From assembly GCA_963777605.1 (NCBI GenBank), contig CAVZRV010000027.1, forward strand, positions 448,001 to 512,000: a stretch of DNA of 64,000 nt, written 5' to 3'. The DNA is from an uncultured Acidobacteriota bacterium (lineage in GTDB: Bacteria; Acidobacteriota; UBA6911; RPQK01; JAPXNP01). The notes beneath the pieces were generated by a model. That model did not search any database and had not been told where the DNA came from. It worked only from the letters and a program-made list of their open reading frames with translations. The position numbers were made by a program, and so were the translations under genes. Shown here in pieces: positions 28,672 through 38,524 of the stretch (positions within the stretch are counted from its first letter, which is position 1; every line of letters starts with the position of its first letter).

Positions 28672-28941
28672 TTATCGAGCGTAGGTGGCGAACTGACCCA
28701 AGAGCGCCATCGTAAAGCCGGTGAGTCGCTCAACAATCCAGGGCAAGAGTAGAAGTGTGGCGACACAGATCACAACCATTTTGGGAATCATGGTCAGCGT
28801 CATGTCCTGGATCGAAGTTACGACCTGAAAGATGCTGACCAGCAAACCCATCGCAAGGGCAGCCCCCAGAAGGGGAAGAGCCGTAATGAAGACCGTCATG
28901 AACATATCCCGAACGAGTTGAATAGCTACTCCCTGATCCAT
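28672..28941 (-). CDS. fliQ: Export protein FliQ
   Basis: GLLVSIFQVVTSIQDMTLTMIPK. ATG at 28941 gives the typical 89 aa. Confidence 0.94.
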   Translation of the reverse strand: MDQGVAIQLVRDMFMTVFITALPLLGAALAMGLLVSIFQVVTSIQDMTLTMIPKMVVICVATLLLLPWIVERLTGFTMALLGQFATYAR

Positions 28942-28949
28942 GTACCCTC

Positions 28950-29732
28950 TCACATTCGAAAACTGTCGACTAGCGACCCCACGACCAGATGCCAACCATC
29001 AACAAGAATGAACAACAGAATCTTGAACGGAGCCGAGATCATGATCGGCGGAAGCTGCATCATTCCCATCGACAGAAGTACGGAACTGATCACCATGTCG
29101 ATGATCAGAAAGGGCAGGAAGAGGACAAACCCGATGTTGAACGCAGTCTTCAACTCTGAGATCATGAATGCTGGCACGACAACTCGAAGCGGGAGTTCCT
29201 CCGGGGTCTTGGGGCGCGGCGTTTTCGAGATCCGCACGAACAGCGCCAAGTCGCTTTCCCGAACCTGGCGAAGCATGAAGCCCTTCACCGGAACCTCGGC
29301 CTTCCCCAGCGCCTCTAACTCATTCAACTGCCCGGACTCAAAGGGCTCAACGCTCTGCTTGTAGACCTGATCCCAGACCGGCCCCATGACGAACAGAGTC
29401 AGGAACAACGAAAGGCCGATCATGATCTGGTTACTGGGCACCTGTTGGGTTCCAATAGCTTGGCGCAGGAAGTGCAAGACCACGATGATCCGGATAAAGG
29501 CGGACATCGACATCAGAATGGAGGGGATGAAGACGAGCAGCGTTAGGAAGATCGCGATCCGGACCGGCAATGTGAAGCCATCACCGGAGTTACCTCCAAG
29601 GGAGACCTGGACCGACTCCAGCAAACTTGGCCGAGCCTGAGCCTGAGCCTGCGCGTCCGCTTCTCCTGTTATCAGGATCAAGCACCCGAGCAGCACAATC
29701 GCCAGGTAAAACCCGCGCCTGAGGGAGTTCAT
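28950..29732 (-). CDS. fliP: Export protein FliP
   Basis: LRQAIGTQQVPSNQ, PAFMISELKTAF, MGMMQLPP, PFKILLFILVDGW. Confidence 0.97.
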   Translation of the reverse strand: MNSLRRGFYLAIVLLGCLILITGEADAQAQAQARPSLLESVQVSLGGNSGDGFTLPVRIAIFLTLLVFIPSILMSMSAFIRIIVVLHFLRQAIGTQQVPSNQIMIGLSLFLTLFVMGPVWDQVYKQSVEPFESGQLNELEALGKAEVPVKGFMLRQVRESDLALFVRISKTPRPKTPEELPLRVVVPAFMISELKTAFNIGFVLFLPFLIIDMVISSVLLSMGMMQLPPIMISAPFKILLFILVDGWHLVVGSLVDSFRM

Positions 29733-30067
29733 CTGAGCATCTCCAGAAGTCCACGGAAGCCGACTCCTGGCGAGTTGGCCAGTGGATCCTCACCCCCTTC
29801 GTCCGCCGATTCCTCCAGCGATTCGGACGACAGGGGAGAGAGCATCGAAATCTGGTTCCCGGTAGCTCCAAGCAGAAAATTCTCATTTCCCACTTTGACC
29901 AGAAGCAGTGTCCGCTTCTCGCCGATGTTCCGCGATTCGATGATCTCGATCCGCGAATTACCCGGCCGGAAGCCGCGGCCACCGTTGACGCGATTGGCCA
30001 TCCAGTAGAACAGGGCGAGTAGACCGAATACCAGCAGGATTCCCGAAATAACTTGAATAGTCCCCAT
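29729..30067 (-). CDS. fliO: FliO/FliZ-family protein
   Basis: N-terminal TM, then IEIIESRNIGEKRTLLLVKVG..FLLGAT..QISML. Confidence 0.88.
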   Translation of the reverse strand: MGTIQVISGILLVFGLLALFYWMANRVNGGRGFRPGNSRIEIIESRNIGEKRTLLLVKVGNENFLLGATGNQISMLSPLSSESLEESADEGGEDPLANSPGVGFRGLLEMLR

Positions 30068-30075
30068 GATGCTTC

Positions 30076-30360
30076 CTAGGTGATCTCTACGATCCTTGCC
30101 GCACTACCCTTCTTTCGGATCAGGACTTCCGCTTCGCCGACCTTGACATCGGCAACGACGATCTCCACGTAACCGGAAGAGGGCCGATCGAGGGAAACAA
30201 CGTCACCGATCTGGAGGTCGATCAACTCGGAAACAGACATGGACGCCGAGCCAAGTTGAACATCCACCGGGTAGACCACGTCGAGGAAATCCTTCATGTC
30301 CGAGACGGTATCCATCACCAGCGTCTCGAGTTCACTCTCGCTAATCGTGATTCTTGCCAT
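30076..30360 (-). CDS. Second FliN-like SpoA-domain protein
   Basis: FLDVVYPVDVQLG..MSVSELIDLQIGDVVSLDR...ARIVEI. Confidence 0.8.
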   Translation of the reverse strand: MARITISESELETLVMDTVSDMKDFLDVVYPVDVQLGSASMSVSELIDLQIGDVVSLDRPSSGYVEIVVADVKVGEAEVLIRKKGSAARIVEIT

Positions 30361-30366
30361 GGCAAC

Positions 30367-30897
30367 CTACTGAATAATGAAGTCCGTGAAATAGACCTCT
30401 TTGACCTTTGCACCCGGCTCTTCAATCAACTGGTTGACGAAGGAAAGGAGGTTCTTCTTGATCGTCTCCTTGGTCTCCGGCCTTAGAAGGTCGTCCGAAT
30501 TCATCCCTCCAACGAGGCTCAGAAGACGGTCCTTGACTTTGGGTACGGCAAGCTCTTCATTGATTACCGGAGTGCCGGGCTTGGGGTTGTAAACCCCCAG
30601 GGAGACACCGATTCGGGCGTAGTTCAACCGGCTGCCCGGGATCAAGTTGACCACAACCGGGTCGAGTTTCACCACCTCGTTTGCCGACTCGGCCGGCTTT
30701 GCCGGTTCGACCGCAGCAGCCTCTTCAGTTTCCGCCGCCTGCTCTCCCAGCACACTGTCGAAAAGCCCCCCGGCCCACGCTCCGACTCCGCCGAGAGCCA
30801 GAACCAGTAGCACGCCGGCTGCAATGATGATCCACTTGAGCTTGCTCTTGGGTAATTCTTCTTGCGCTTGTTCTTTCTCGTTTGATTCGTCCGGCAT
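30367..30897 (-). CDS. fliL: Basal body-associated FliL
   Basis: KSKLKWIII + TM, LDPVVVNL, VYFTDFIIQ. GGAGG RBS before ATG 30897. Confidence 0.94.
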   Translation of the reverse strand: MPDESNEKEQAQEELPKSKLKWIIIAAGVLLVLALGGVGAWAGGLFDSVLGEQAAETEEAAAVEPAKPAESANEVVKLDPVVVNLIPGSRLNYARIGVSLGVYNPKPGTPVINEELAVPKVKDRLLSLVGGMNSDDLLRPETKETIKKNLLSFVNQLIEEPGAKVKEVYFTDFIIQ

Positions 30898-30920
30898 ACT
30901 AACCTCCGGAATCCAATACA

Positions 30921-30966
30921 AGCAAGACGCATGCCAGCTTTTAGATCGAGAGCCAAGTCATTGATA
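30921..30966 (-). promoter_or_regulatory. Sigma54 promoter of fliL operon with IHF site
   Basis: CTGGCAT-GCGTC-TTGCT (30921-30937). TATCAATGACTTG (30954-30966) matches WATCAANNNNTTR. Confidence 0.85.
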
Positions 30967-31060
30967 AAAAGCGAGTTGTGAAGGAGAAAAGAAGGCAGGA
31001 GAGAGTGGAGCACCCGCAGAAGGTCAACCAAAACGCGGTTGACCGACAAATCGTTGACGG

Positions 31061-31097
31061 AGGGGACTCCGGGCTGGGTGCGCACCCGGAGTCCCCT
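31061..31097. terminator. Strong GC hairpin downstream of flgE
   Basis: AGGGGACTCCGGG/CCCGGAGTCCCCT 13-bp stem with no clear U-tract. Confidence 0.5.
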
Positions 31098-31116
31098 TCT
31101 ACAGGCTGGGAGGGAG

Positions 31117-32358
31117 CTACTGTTTCAGCTGAATCGCTTGTTGAACAACCTGGTCAGCCGTCGTGATGACCTTGGAATTGGCCTGGTAGGCCCGCTGGAA
31201 GAGGATCATCTTAATGAACTCTTCGGCAATATCCACGTTGGACAACTCGAGCGCGTTACCCTGGATATTCCCGCGACCGCCGGTATCAGGCATTCCGATC
31301 GTCGGCTCGCCCGACTGCGTCGTTCTCGCGTAGAGGTTGTTCCCGGTCCGAACCAGGTTCTGGGGGCTGGTGAAAAGTGCCATCCCGATCTGGCCCAGGG
31401 GCGCGGTTTCACCGTTGGAGAAGATGCCCTCGATGATCCCATTGGACCTGACCAGCATTTCGGAAAGCGTCCCGGCTCCCTTGCCGTTTTGATAGGCCTG
31501 TGAGGTCGAACTGGGCAACTGGAACTGGGTCATGAAAGTCTTGGACGAATCCAACGCATCGCGAAGCTCCCAGGTGAAGGTCACCGGACTGGCGCCGGAT
31601 GAGGGATTAAAGGTGAGCCCGGTAACATCTGCCGCCGGCGTCGAGAGGAGACCGTCGCTGGTAAACGTCAACTGTCCCTGGCTGAGAACGCCCGCGCCAG
31701 CCCCTCCGCCTGCGACGCCCTCGTCCGGAACCGACATTTCATAGTCCCAGGTACCCGCAGTCGAGGTCTTGGTGAAGGTCACCGTAACAGGATGCCCGAC
31801 ACCCAGGCTGTCGTAGATCTTGACCGTCGTCGAGAAAGTCTCATCCGTGGCGGCGTCGGCGTTGAGATTCGTAGTGAAGCGGACCAGCGAGCTGTCAACT
31901 GCCGGAAGCACTTTTCCAGGTTTGAGGTCGAGTGGGACCAGGTTGGTATTGGTGTTGATTTCCCCGGTCGTCACGTCGGTCGGATATCCCAGGACATAGA
32001 GCCCGTCGGATGTGACCAGTTTTCCTTCCGAGTCGAGGGAGAAGTTTCCGGCGCGGGTATAGAATTCCGAACTCACCCCATCTCCGACAACAAAGAACCC
32101 GCCGCCGCGGATCGCCATGTCGGTCGACAACTGTGATTGTTGAACGTTACCCTGCGACCATACCTGCTGCGTCGCTGTCGGCTGGACACCCTGCCCGGCT
32201 TCAGCGCCGCCGCTCGCCGCGGCCCGCAGCTCCTCGAAGAACACGTTGGTAGCCTTGTAGCCGATGGTGTTGCTGTTCGACAGGTTGTTGCCGACGTTGC
32301 GGATACCCAATGAACTCGAATTCAATCCTGTAAGCCCAACGAAAAATGTTCCACCCAT
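31117..32358 (-). CDS. flgE: Flagellar hook protein FlgE
   Basis: GLTGL, VGNNLSNSNTIGYK, YTRAGNF, IYDSLG, LELSNVDIAEEF, QRAYQANSKVITTAD. AGGAGG RBS before ATG 32358. Confidence 0.96.
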   Translation of the reverse strand: MGGTFFVGLTGLNSSSLGIRNVGNNLSNSNTIGYKATNVFFEELRAAASGGAEAGQGVQPTATQQVWSQGNVQQSQLSTDMAIRGGGFFVVGDGVSSEFYTRAGNFSLDSEGKLVTSDGLYVLGYPTDVTTGEINTNTNLVPLDLKPGKVLPAVDSSLVRFTTNLNADAATDETFSTTVKIYDSLGVGHPVTVTFTKTSTAGTWDYEMSVPDEGVAGGGAGAGVLSQGQLTFTSDGLLSTPAADVTGLTFNPSSGASPVTFTWELRDALDSSKTFMTQFQLPSSTSQAYQNGKGAGTLSEMLVRSNGIIEGIFSNGETAPLGQIGMALFTSPQNLVRTGNNLYARTTQSGEPTIGMPDTGGRGNIQGNALELSNVDIAEEFIKMILFQRAYQANSKVITTADQVVQQAIQLKQ

Positions 32359-32422
32359 TTTCTTTTCCTCCTGGCCTGAAGCCTGATACTCTTCGCGGTC
32401 AATTTGAGACCGCACTCAAAAG

Positions 32423-32728
32423 TTATGCCCCCTCGGTCGTGCCGGCTCCGTCCTCCGGCAGGGGAGACGAAGCGATGAGATCGGAGAGCGTCTTCGCACT
32501 CTCCTCGGCGGCCTCTCGAATCGAGATCAGCTGTTCCAATGAACTGAACTGGGACAACTGAGCCACAAACTCCGCTCCGTCCTGGGGGTTCAATGGATCC
32601 TGGTTGCTCAACTGGGCAACCAGGAGTTTTAGGAAATCGTCTTTCCCCAGGGACGAATTCGTAATGCTCGAAGTCGTCTCTGAAGAAGGCACAGTCTCTT
32701 GCGAGTAGGTTGTTCCCTGTATCATCAT
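32423..32728 (-). CDS. flgD: Short hook-capping protein FlgD (N-terminal domain only)
   Basis: [38 protein letters not shown]. Confidence 0.92.
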   Translation of the reverse strand: MMIQGTTYSQETVPSSETTSSITNSSLGKDDFLKLLVAQLSNQDPLNPQDGAEFVAQLSQFSSLEQLISIREAAEESAKTLSDLIASSPLPEDGAGTTEGA

Positions 32729-32741
32729 AGTGTTTCTCCAA

Positions 32742-34912
32742 TCATGCGAAGTAACTGAAAACTCCGTCGTCAGTTTCGTCCGTGCCGGTCACTTCCGGCT
32801 CACCAATCGATTCGAGCGACGAATTGCGAATCCCGGCTCTCCCGGGGGAAGCAGCCGTGCTCTGATTGGCGTCGCGCCCCCCGTCACCGCCCTGAAAGTC
32901 GGAGACTTCTGCAGAGTCGACATCCACACCCTGCTCGCCCAGTTGTTCCAGCAGGTCCTTCAGACCCTCCTCAACTGCCTTCTTCACGGATGGGTCTTCA
33001 ACTCGAATTACCGCGCGGACGCCGTCGTCACTGCTGAAATCGGTCTCGATCTCGATGCGCCCGAGAAAGGCCGGCTTCAGAGTGACCGTGAACCGTTCCA
33101 TTCCGATCTGCCTCTCCAAGCGGGTCGCCTGGACGATTTGATCGAAGATTCGATCGGGCGCTGCCTCCCCAGACAACGTCCGGGCATGCTTCTCGGGAAC
33201 CCGAGCGTTCGGGGACGCGTGCTCAGCCCTCACCGTCGCGCCCGGAATCCAGTGCGTCGTCGGTTTCGCGTGCGAGGCCGTCGACGTAGTGCCGGTTCGG
33301 ATATGATTTGGCGGATGATTTCCCAGGTCGGATTTCACGGTGCGGGACGTCGACTGCTGATCAACCCTCTTTTCTGAAACCTCATGCCCGTCGCTACGAT
33401 AAGCATCGTCACCATCCTGGACATCGTCCTTGCGGCCCTCGGCGCTCGATTGCTGCTGAGCGGTCGGACGATGGGATCGGGAACCGGAGGATCCAACCCG
33501 GGAGCCATTGGCTCCGGTCTTCAAGAGTTCCCCGTGACTGCGGGATTCCAGTCTCGCACCATCCTCCTCGTCAATTGAAATCCGGTCCGACTTCTGCCCG
33601 ATCTTGGCCGCTTTCGGGTCCATCACGGTCGAAGTGCGAACGGTTTCATCCGCGTTGGGCAGACCGGCCTGAAATGCCGCTCGTTCCGAAACAGATTTTT
33701 CCGCCGAGGAGAAGGACTCACCTTCGACAATCGTCGGCCCCGTTGAGTCGGAAGTTATGACGCCAATCCGCTCGCTGGCCGCGCCCGGACGATCCGGGTT
33801 CGGTTTCTCGCTCACTTCAGTCGGCGAACCCAAGCGCGAATCACCCTGACGCACGGAACCGGAATGATCCCCGCCGCTTGCCCTGTCTACTGAATGAAGA
33901 TGCCACGCAGCGGGTTGGCTCAGCCCTTTACTTGCAACATTCTGCGCACCAGAGTCACTTTCGGGCGCCGCATTCCATCGCTCATGTCCCGCTACAGAGC
34001 TGGGTGTGACAGTCTTGGAGGCGGAGGAGTCTTCATCCCCAGGAGACCGCGAGAGCGATCCCACCGCATCTCCCCGATTCAGTCGGGAATCGCGAAGAAC
34101 TTCGGCAGGTTCGGGTCTATCGACCTTGTGCGTGTCAGGCACTTCCGATTCTGGAACCTCGGGACTAAGGCGAGCCGGCCGCCCGTTGTCCAGATCGTCC
34201 CGTAAACTCTTTTCGTTGTCAGACCGCCCGATCCGATTGGCTTCGAAGTCAGCGGAAGTCTGCTTCCCGTGATTTCGTCGCAGGCGGTCGGGGAGTTCAG
34301 TTCGGTCGGCCACTCTGGGGAGGTGCTCCTCACCCCGTCGGATGGATGCACTGCCGCCATCGGAATCACTCCCAACCGACAACGAGGCAGCGCCAACTGA
34401 CGTTTCAGCAAGGCGGACCGGCGACTTCTGAGGGCCGAATTCGCTGTTCGGCGGAGTTAGTATCGCTAACATCGGCCTCTTCACCAAAGCGTCCGGGAGT
34501 GGGTGGGCCGTCGCTTCGATCCCGTGCCGTGAACGTCGGTCGATTCCTGGACCGCCTCGTCGTCGGATTCCGGTTCGGGAGCGAGCGACTCCGATTCCGA
34601 TTCGCTGCTCTTCCCCTTTGATCTTTCCGTCACCTTGAAGTCGTGGTGGAGATCGAATCTCGCCACCCACTTTCCGGAAGACGAGAGATCCGTGTCGGGA
34701 GATCGATCCGCCCCTTTTTCACCGGCGGTTGCCTTGTTCCGGGCGCCCTTCCCCTGCTCCGTCGAAACGCTCCCTTGATGACTATTCTCATCGAAGAGCA
34801 ACGCCAGGAACTGATTGGCAAACTCGCCCCGTTCGGCCTTCTTTCTCGGAGCGGCCTGGGCTGAGCTCTGATCAGTCTTAAAGAGGTTTTCTAGTGTTCT
34901 GACTTCGTTCAT
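32742..34912 (-). CDS. fliK: Hook-length control protein FliK (one frameshift, probably near 34521)
   Basis: C-terminal T3S4 domain [11 protein letters not shown]...[10 protein letters not shown]...FSYFA. The N-part is ORF 34481..34912, directly behind a sigma54 promoter. Joined length ~723 aa. Confidence 0.82.
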
Positions 34913-34928
34913 ACTCGCCCTTACCTAT

Positions 34929-34945
34929 TGCATCGGGCGTGCCAG
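34929..34945 (-). promoter_or_regulatory. Sigma54 promoter of fliK-flgD-flgE
   Basis: CTGGCAC-GCCCG-ATGCA with an IHF-like AT-rich dyad at 34972-34997. Confidence 0.8.
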
Positions 34946-35054
34946 AAGTCATACCTTTCGAGTAATCCACTCAAGTAGTTTATTCTCAAAGACTTATTAA
35001 TCGATCAACGAAGCCTTCTCAAACCGGGAAGGCACGGTGGGAGGCAAGATCTGC

Positions 35055-35504
35055 CTAGTCGGCTAGGAAAGGACGGCCATCCCGGGTGAGGAGGAACAGG
35101 TCGTCCATCTCGTTCTGGAGAGTACGGTCCAGCTCAAACTGGAACCGCTCGAGTCGGCGCTCACGCAGCTTCTCGACGATGCTAACCTTCTTGCGGGCTT
35201 CGACAACCCGGTTACGCTGCACCGTCACCCGTTCGAGCAACACAGCCAGCCGGTTTTCGGTCTCTTCGATCTGCTGCTCAATGAACTGCATCCGCTGGCG
35301 ATACCAGGCGATCTCGAACGCATGAATCTCTCGGTGGGAACTCAGCTCCGTTGAGGTATTGCCCCAACTTGACCGAAGGTCCTGAATCGCCTCCCTCATG
35401 CGGCGTTCTTCGTTCATGAGCTCCGTCAGGCGCAGTTGCTCCAACTGCTCCTGATGACGGGAGATCTCGAGGTAGGGATCGAGGCGGAACGAAAACTTCT
35501 TCAT
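35055..35504 (-). CDS. fliJ: Export chaperone escort FliJ
   Basis: MKKFSFRLD...EKLRERR...Q.EMDD. Follows fliI. Confidence 0.9.
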   Translation of the reverse strand: MKKFSFRLDPYLEISRHQEQLEQLRLTELMNEERRMREAIQDLRSSWGNTSTELSSHREIHAFEIAWYRQRMQFIEQQIEETENRLAVLLERVTVQRNRVVEARKKVSIVEKLRERRLERFQFELDRTLQNEMDDLFLLTRDGRPFLAD

Positions 35505-36838
35505 TGCAGGCCGGCAAGGCTGAGGAGGTCGGCGATCGCCGCCTTTCGATCGACCCTATCGAGCATTTCCTGACGAAGGTAAGCGTTGATCTTATCCTGC
35601 ATTTTGATTGCCAGGTCGATCTTCGGGTTTGATCCCTTGTTGTAGGCACCAATATTGATAAGATCTTCTGCCTGCTGGTACGTATTCAGCAAATCACGTA
35701 ATTCACCTACAACCTGCAACTGCTGTTTGCTCGCAAGCTTGGGCATCAACCTGCTGATGCTCTGAAGTATGCTGATGGAAGGAAAGTGATTCTTCCAGGC
35801 AAGCTCTCGGGACAGGATAATGTGACCATCGAGGAGTCCACGGACAGCATCCGCGATCGGTTCGTTCATGTCGTCCCCTTCCACGAGAACGGTATAAAAA
35901 CCGGTGATGCTGCCACCTTCGAAGTTTCCTGCCCGTTCGAACAATTTCGGCAAGAGGCTGAAAACTGACGGGGTGTAACCCTTCGAAGAGGGCGGTTCAC
36001 CGGCCGACAGGCCAACTTCCCTCTGAGCCATGGCGACTCGGGTCACCGAGTCCATCACCAGCAACACCTGATGCCCCTGGTCCTTAAAGTACTCGGCAAT
36101 CGCCGTTGCAACCTGGGCCGCCCGAATTCTCATCAGTGGGGGATTGTCGGACGTGGAAACAACCAGGACACTGCGCTCCAGGCCTTCCGGCCCCAGGTCC
36201 TCCTTGATGAATGCATTGACTTCCCGGGATCGCTCGCCAACCAGGGCAATGACAGTCACCGAGGCCTCGGTGTTGCGGGCCATCATTCCGAGGAGCGTAC
36301 TCTTGCCGACACCGCTCCCTCCAAAGATCCCTATCCGCTGGCCTCTTCCAACCGAAAGCATGCCGTCAATGGCGCGCACACCAGTGCCCAGCGCTGTGTC
36401 GATGTCTTTTCGTTCGAGAGGGTTCTGTCCATACCGGTGAAGTGGATAGAGGGCTTCCTGGCGGAGCGGCCCTTTGCCGTCCAGGGGACGGCCCGCCCCG
36501 TCAATCACTCGGCCCAGGAGTTCGTGGCTGACAGGGAAGAGAGCCTTATGACCCTTCGATCGAACTCGATCCCCCAGTCGAATCCCCTCGGTGTTGTAGA
36601 TAGGCATGGAAAGGACACTCTTGTCCCTGAATCCAATCACCTCAACATCGACGGGCTCCGAGTTCAGTTCACTAACGACTTCGCACAGATCCCCGACACT
36701 TGCTGGAGGTCCGTCCGACTCGATCGTGAGCCCGTCGGCCTTCCGAACGCACCCTTCTACGGGGAGAGGATCTATCCTTTCCAACGTCGACAGCAGTCGC
36801 GCCAGGTCAAAGTCGTTAGAATTCTGAGAGGAGACCAT
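35501..36838 (-). CDS. fliI: Flagellar export ATPase FliI
   Basis: GIFGGSGVGKSTLLGM, LVGERSREV, MDSVTR, GEPPSSKGY, LDGHIILSR. Start 36838 or 36880. Confidence 0.97.
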   Translation of the reverse strand: MVSSQNSNDFDLARLLSTLERIDPLPVEGCVRKADGLTIESDGPPASVGDLCEVVSELNSEPVDVEVIGFRDKSVLSMPIYNTEGIRLGDRVRSKGHKALFPVSHELLGRVIDGAGRPLDGKGPLRQEALYPLHRYGQNPLERKDIDTALGTGVRAIDGMLSVGRGQRIGIFGGSGVGKSTLLGMMARNTEASVTVIALVGERSREVNAFIKEDLGPEGLERSVLVVSTSDNPPLMRIRAAQVATAIAEYFKDQGHQVLLVMDSVTRVAMAQREVGLSAGEPPSSKGYTPSVFSLLPKLFERAGNFEGGSITGFYTVLVEGDDMNEPIADAVRGLLDGHIILSRELAWKNHFPSISILQSISRLMPKLASKQQLQVVGELRDLLNTYQQAEDLINIGAYNKGSNPKIDLAIKMQDKINAYLRQEMLDRVDRKAAIADLLSLAGLQ

Positions 36839-37446
36839 TTTCAACCTTGCTGAATTGCTCTGAGAGCCGGCCATCGACATTTCCGAAGGAGGACTCGAGA
36901 AGGCAATCGCCCCGTTTGAGATCTTCCTTCACCTTGAGCTTCAGATCCCGCTCGTTGAAGAGTTGCGGGGCGGAGTCCAACCGGGCCTGAACGAAAACCA
37001 GATCTTCGGGGTTGAGGTAAACCGTCACCGATGCGTTTTGGGTAAGTCGATTGAGCGCGACCTGAATCAGGGTAATGACGATCTCCGGATCGATTTTGAT
37101 TTCCCGGCCCACAAGCTTCCGTGCGATCCCGACCGCCAACCGAACCAGATCCCGGTTCGTTTCCGAGACGATCTGTTGCCGGGTCTTTCCCATCTGCTCG
37201 AGGGACTCTGTGAACCGCCCGAGAATCGCTTCGACCTTCTTCTCGGCCATCTCCAAGCCCGAGTTCCGGCCGGCCTCGAACCCCTTCTGGTAGGCTTCCC
37301 GCTCGACCGTCGCGACACGGTCGGCATCCGATTGTCGGGGGGCGAGAGGTCTGATGCCGGACCGCCCCTGGTGATTGCGGGGCAGAAATGTCCTGAAATT
37401 GGAAGGACCGTGCCTTTTCTTTGGCAGACAGGCGGCTAGACAACAT
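36816..37446 (-). CDS. fliH: FliH (one frameshift, probably at the G6 run 37337-37342)
   Basis: EREAYQKGFEAG (GxxxG repeats), VYLNPEDL, LKRGDCLLES..G.VDG. ATG at 37446 overlaps the fliG end. Removing one base gives ~209 aa. Confidence 0.88.
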
Positions 37447-38470
37447 ACTGATCGCCTCCGGATCCTCCCAGATCGATTTCTCCGGAAGCATCCATCTCTC
37501 GGATTACGGAGACGATTTGCTGTCGGGCGGATTCCACTTCCTTGAGGCGTATTGGGCCAAGCGCCTCCATGTCTTCCCGCAACATATCAACGGCGCGTGT
37601 CGACATGTTCCGATAGAAGTGCTCACGGAGTTCTTCAGCCGTACCTTTCAACGCGGTCACAAGCGACTTCTTGTCGACCCGCTGGATGATCTTCCTCATG
37701 TCCGCATCGCCGAGAAGCAGGATGTCGTCAAAAACAAACATCAGGTTACGGATTGAAAGTGCCAGGTTCGGATCCTCTCCCTCGATCCGCTCCAACGTGT
37801 CCCGGCTCATCTTTCGATCCATCCGGTTGAAGATCTCAGCTACCGTCCTCAACCCCCCGAGAGTTCCCTGGTCGAACTGGCCGGCCTGTCTCAACTTGGA
37901 AGCCAGAAGCTCCACGATCTTGTTCCGAACCGGCTTGGCAACCTGTTCCAACTGGGCCAGTCTTTTCATCACGTCGGCACGAACGTCGTCGGAATGCATC
38001 CGAATCACCTCCGCAGCCGATTCAGGCTCAAGGTGGCTCAGTATTACCGCGACTGTCTGAGGGTGTTCGAACCGGATCAACTCATAAACGTCTTGGGGAT
38101 CCGCGTACTTCAGTGTTTTGAGACTCTCTGTGGCAGTCAGGCTCTTACCGCTGAGGTAGCGCAGTATCTCCTGGGAAACCGGTGGTTCAAATGCCGACTC
38201 AATGACCTTTCGGACGTAGTCTATTTCGCCGCGAAGCTTGACCTTTCCGGACTTGATCTCCCCCATGCACTCGGAAATAACGTGGTTCGTGACTCCGTCG
38301 TCGACCCATCCGAGGTTCGTGATCTCCTGGCCCAGGATCTTTACTTCCTCGTCGTGGAGGCCCCGGAACACTTCGGCACTGACCTTCTCCCCCAGGTAGA
38401 CCAGGAGGATCGCTGCCTTGCGAATCCCGTTCAGCTTTATGCCGCGCCGAGCTGCTCCCGCTCTGTACAT
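37436..38470 (-). CDS. fliG: Motor switch protein FliG
   Basis: GIRKAAILL, EHPQTVAVIL, MFVFDD, NMSTRA. Confidence 0.97.
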   Translation of the reverse strand: MYRAGAARRGIKLNGIRKAAILLVYLGEKVSAEVFRGLHDEEVKILGQEITNLGWVDDGVTNHVISECMGEIKSGKVKLRGEIDYVRKVIESAFEPPVSQEILRYLSGKSLTATESLKTLKYADPQDVYELIRFEHPQTVAVILSHLEPESAAEVIRMHSDDVRADVMKRLAQLEQVAKPVRNKIVELLASKLRQAGQFDQGTLGGLRTVAEIFNRMDRKMSRDTLERIEGEDPNLALSIRNLMFVFDDILLLGDADMRKIIQRVDKKSLVTALKGTAEELREHFYRNMSTRAVDMLREDMEALGPIRLKEVESARQQIVSVIREMDASGEIDLGGSGGDQYVV

Positions 38471-38524
38471 TGAGAGGTTCTCCCAGGATGTCGTTATGAT
38501 CCATTACCGCTAAATCTTCCATCT

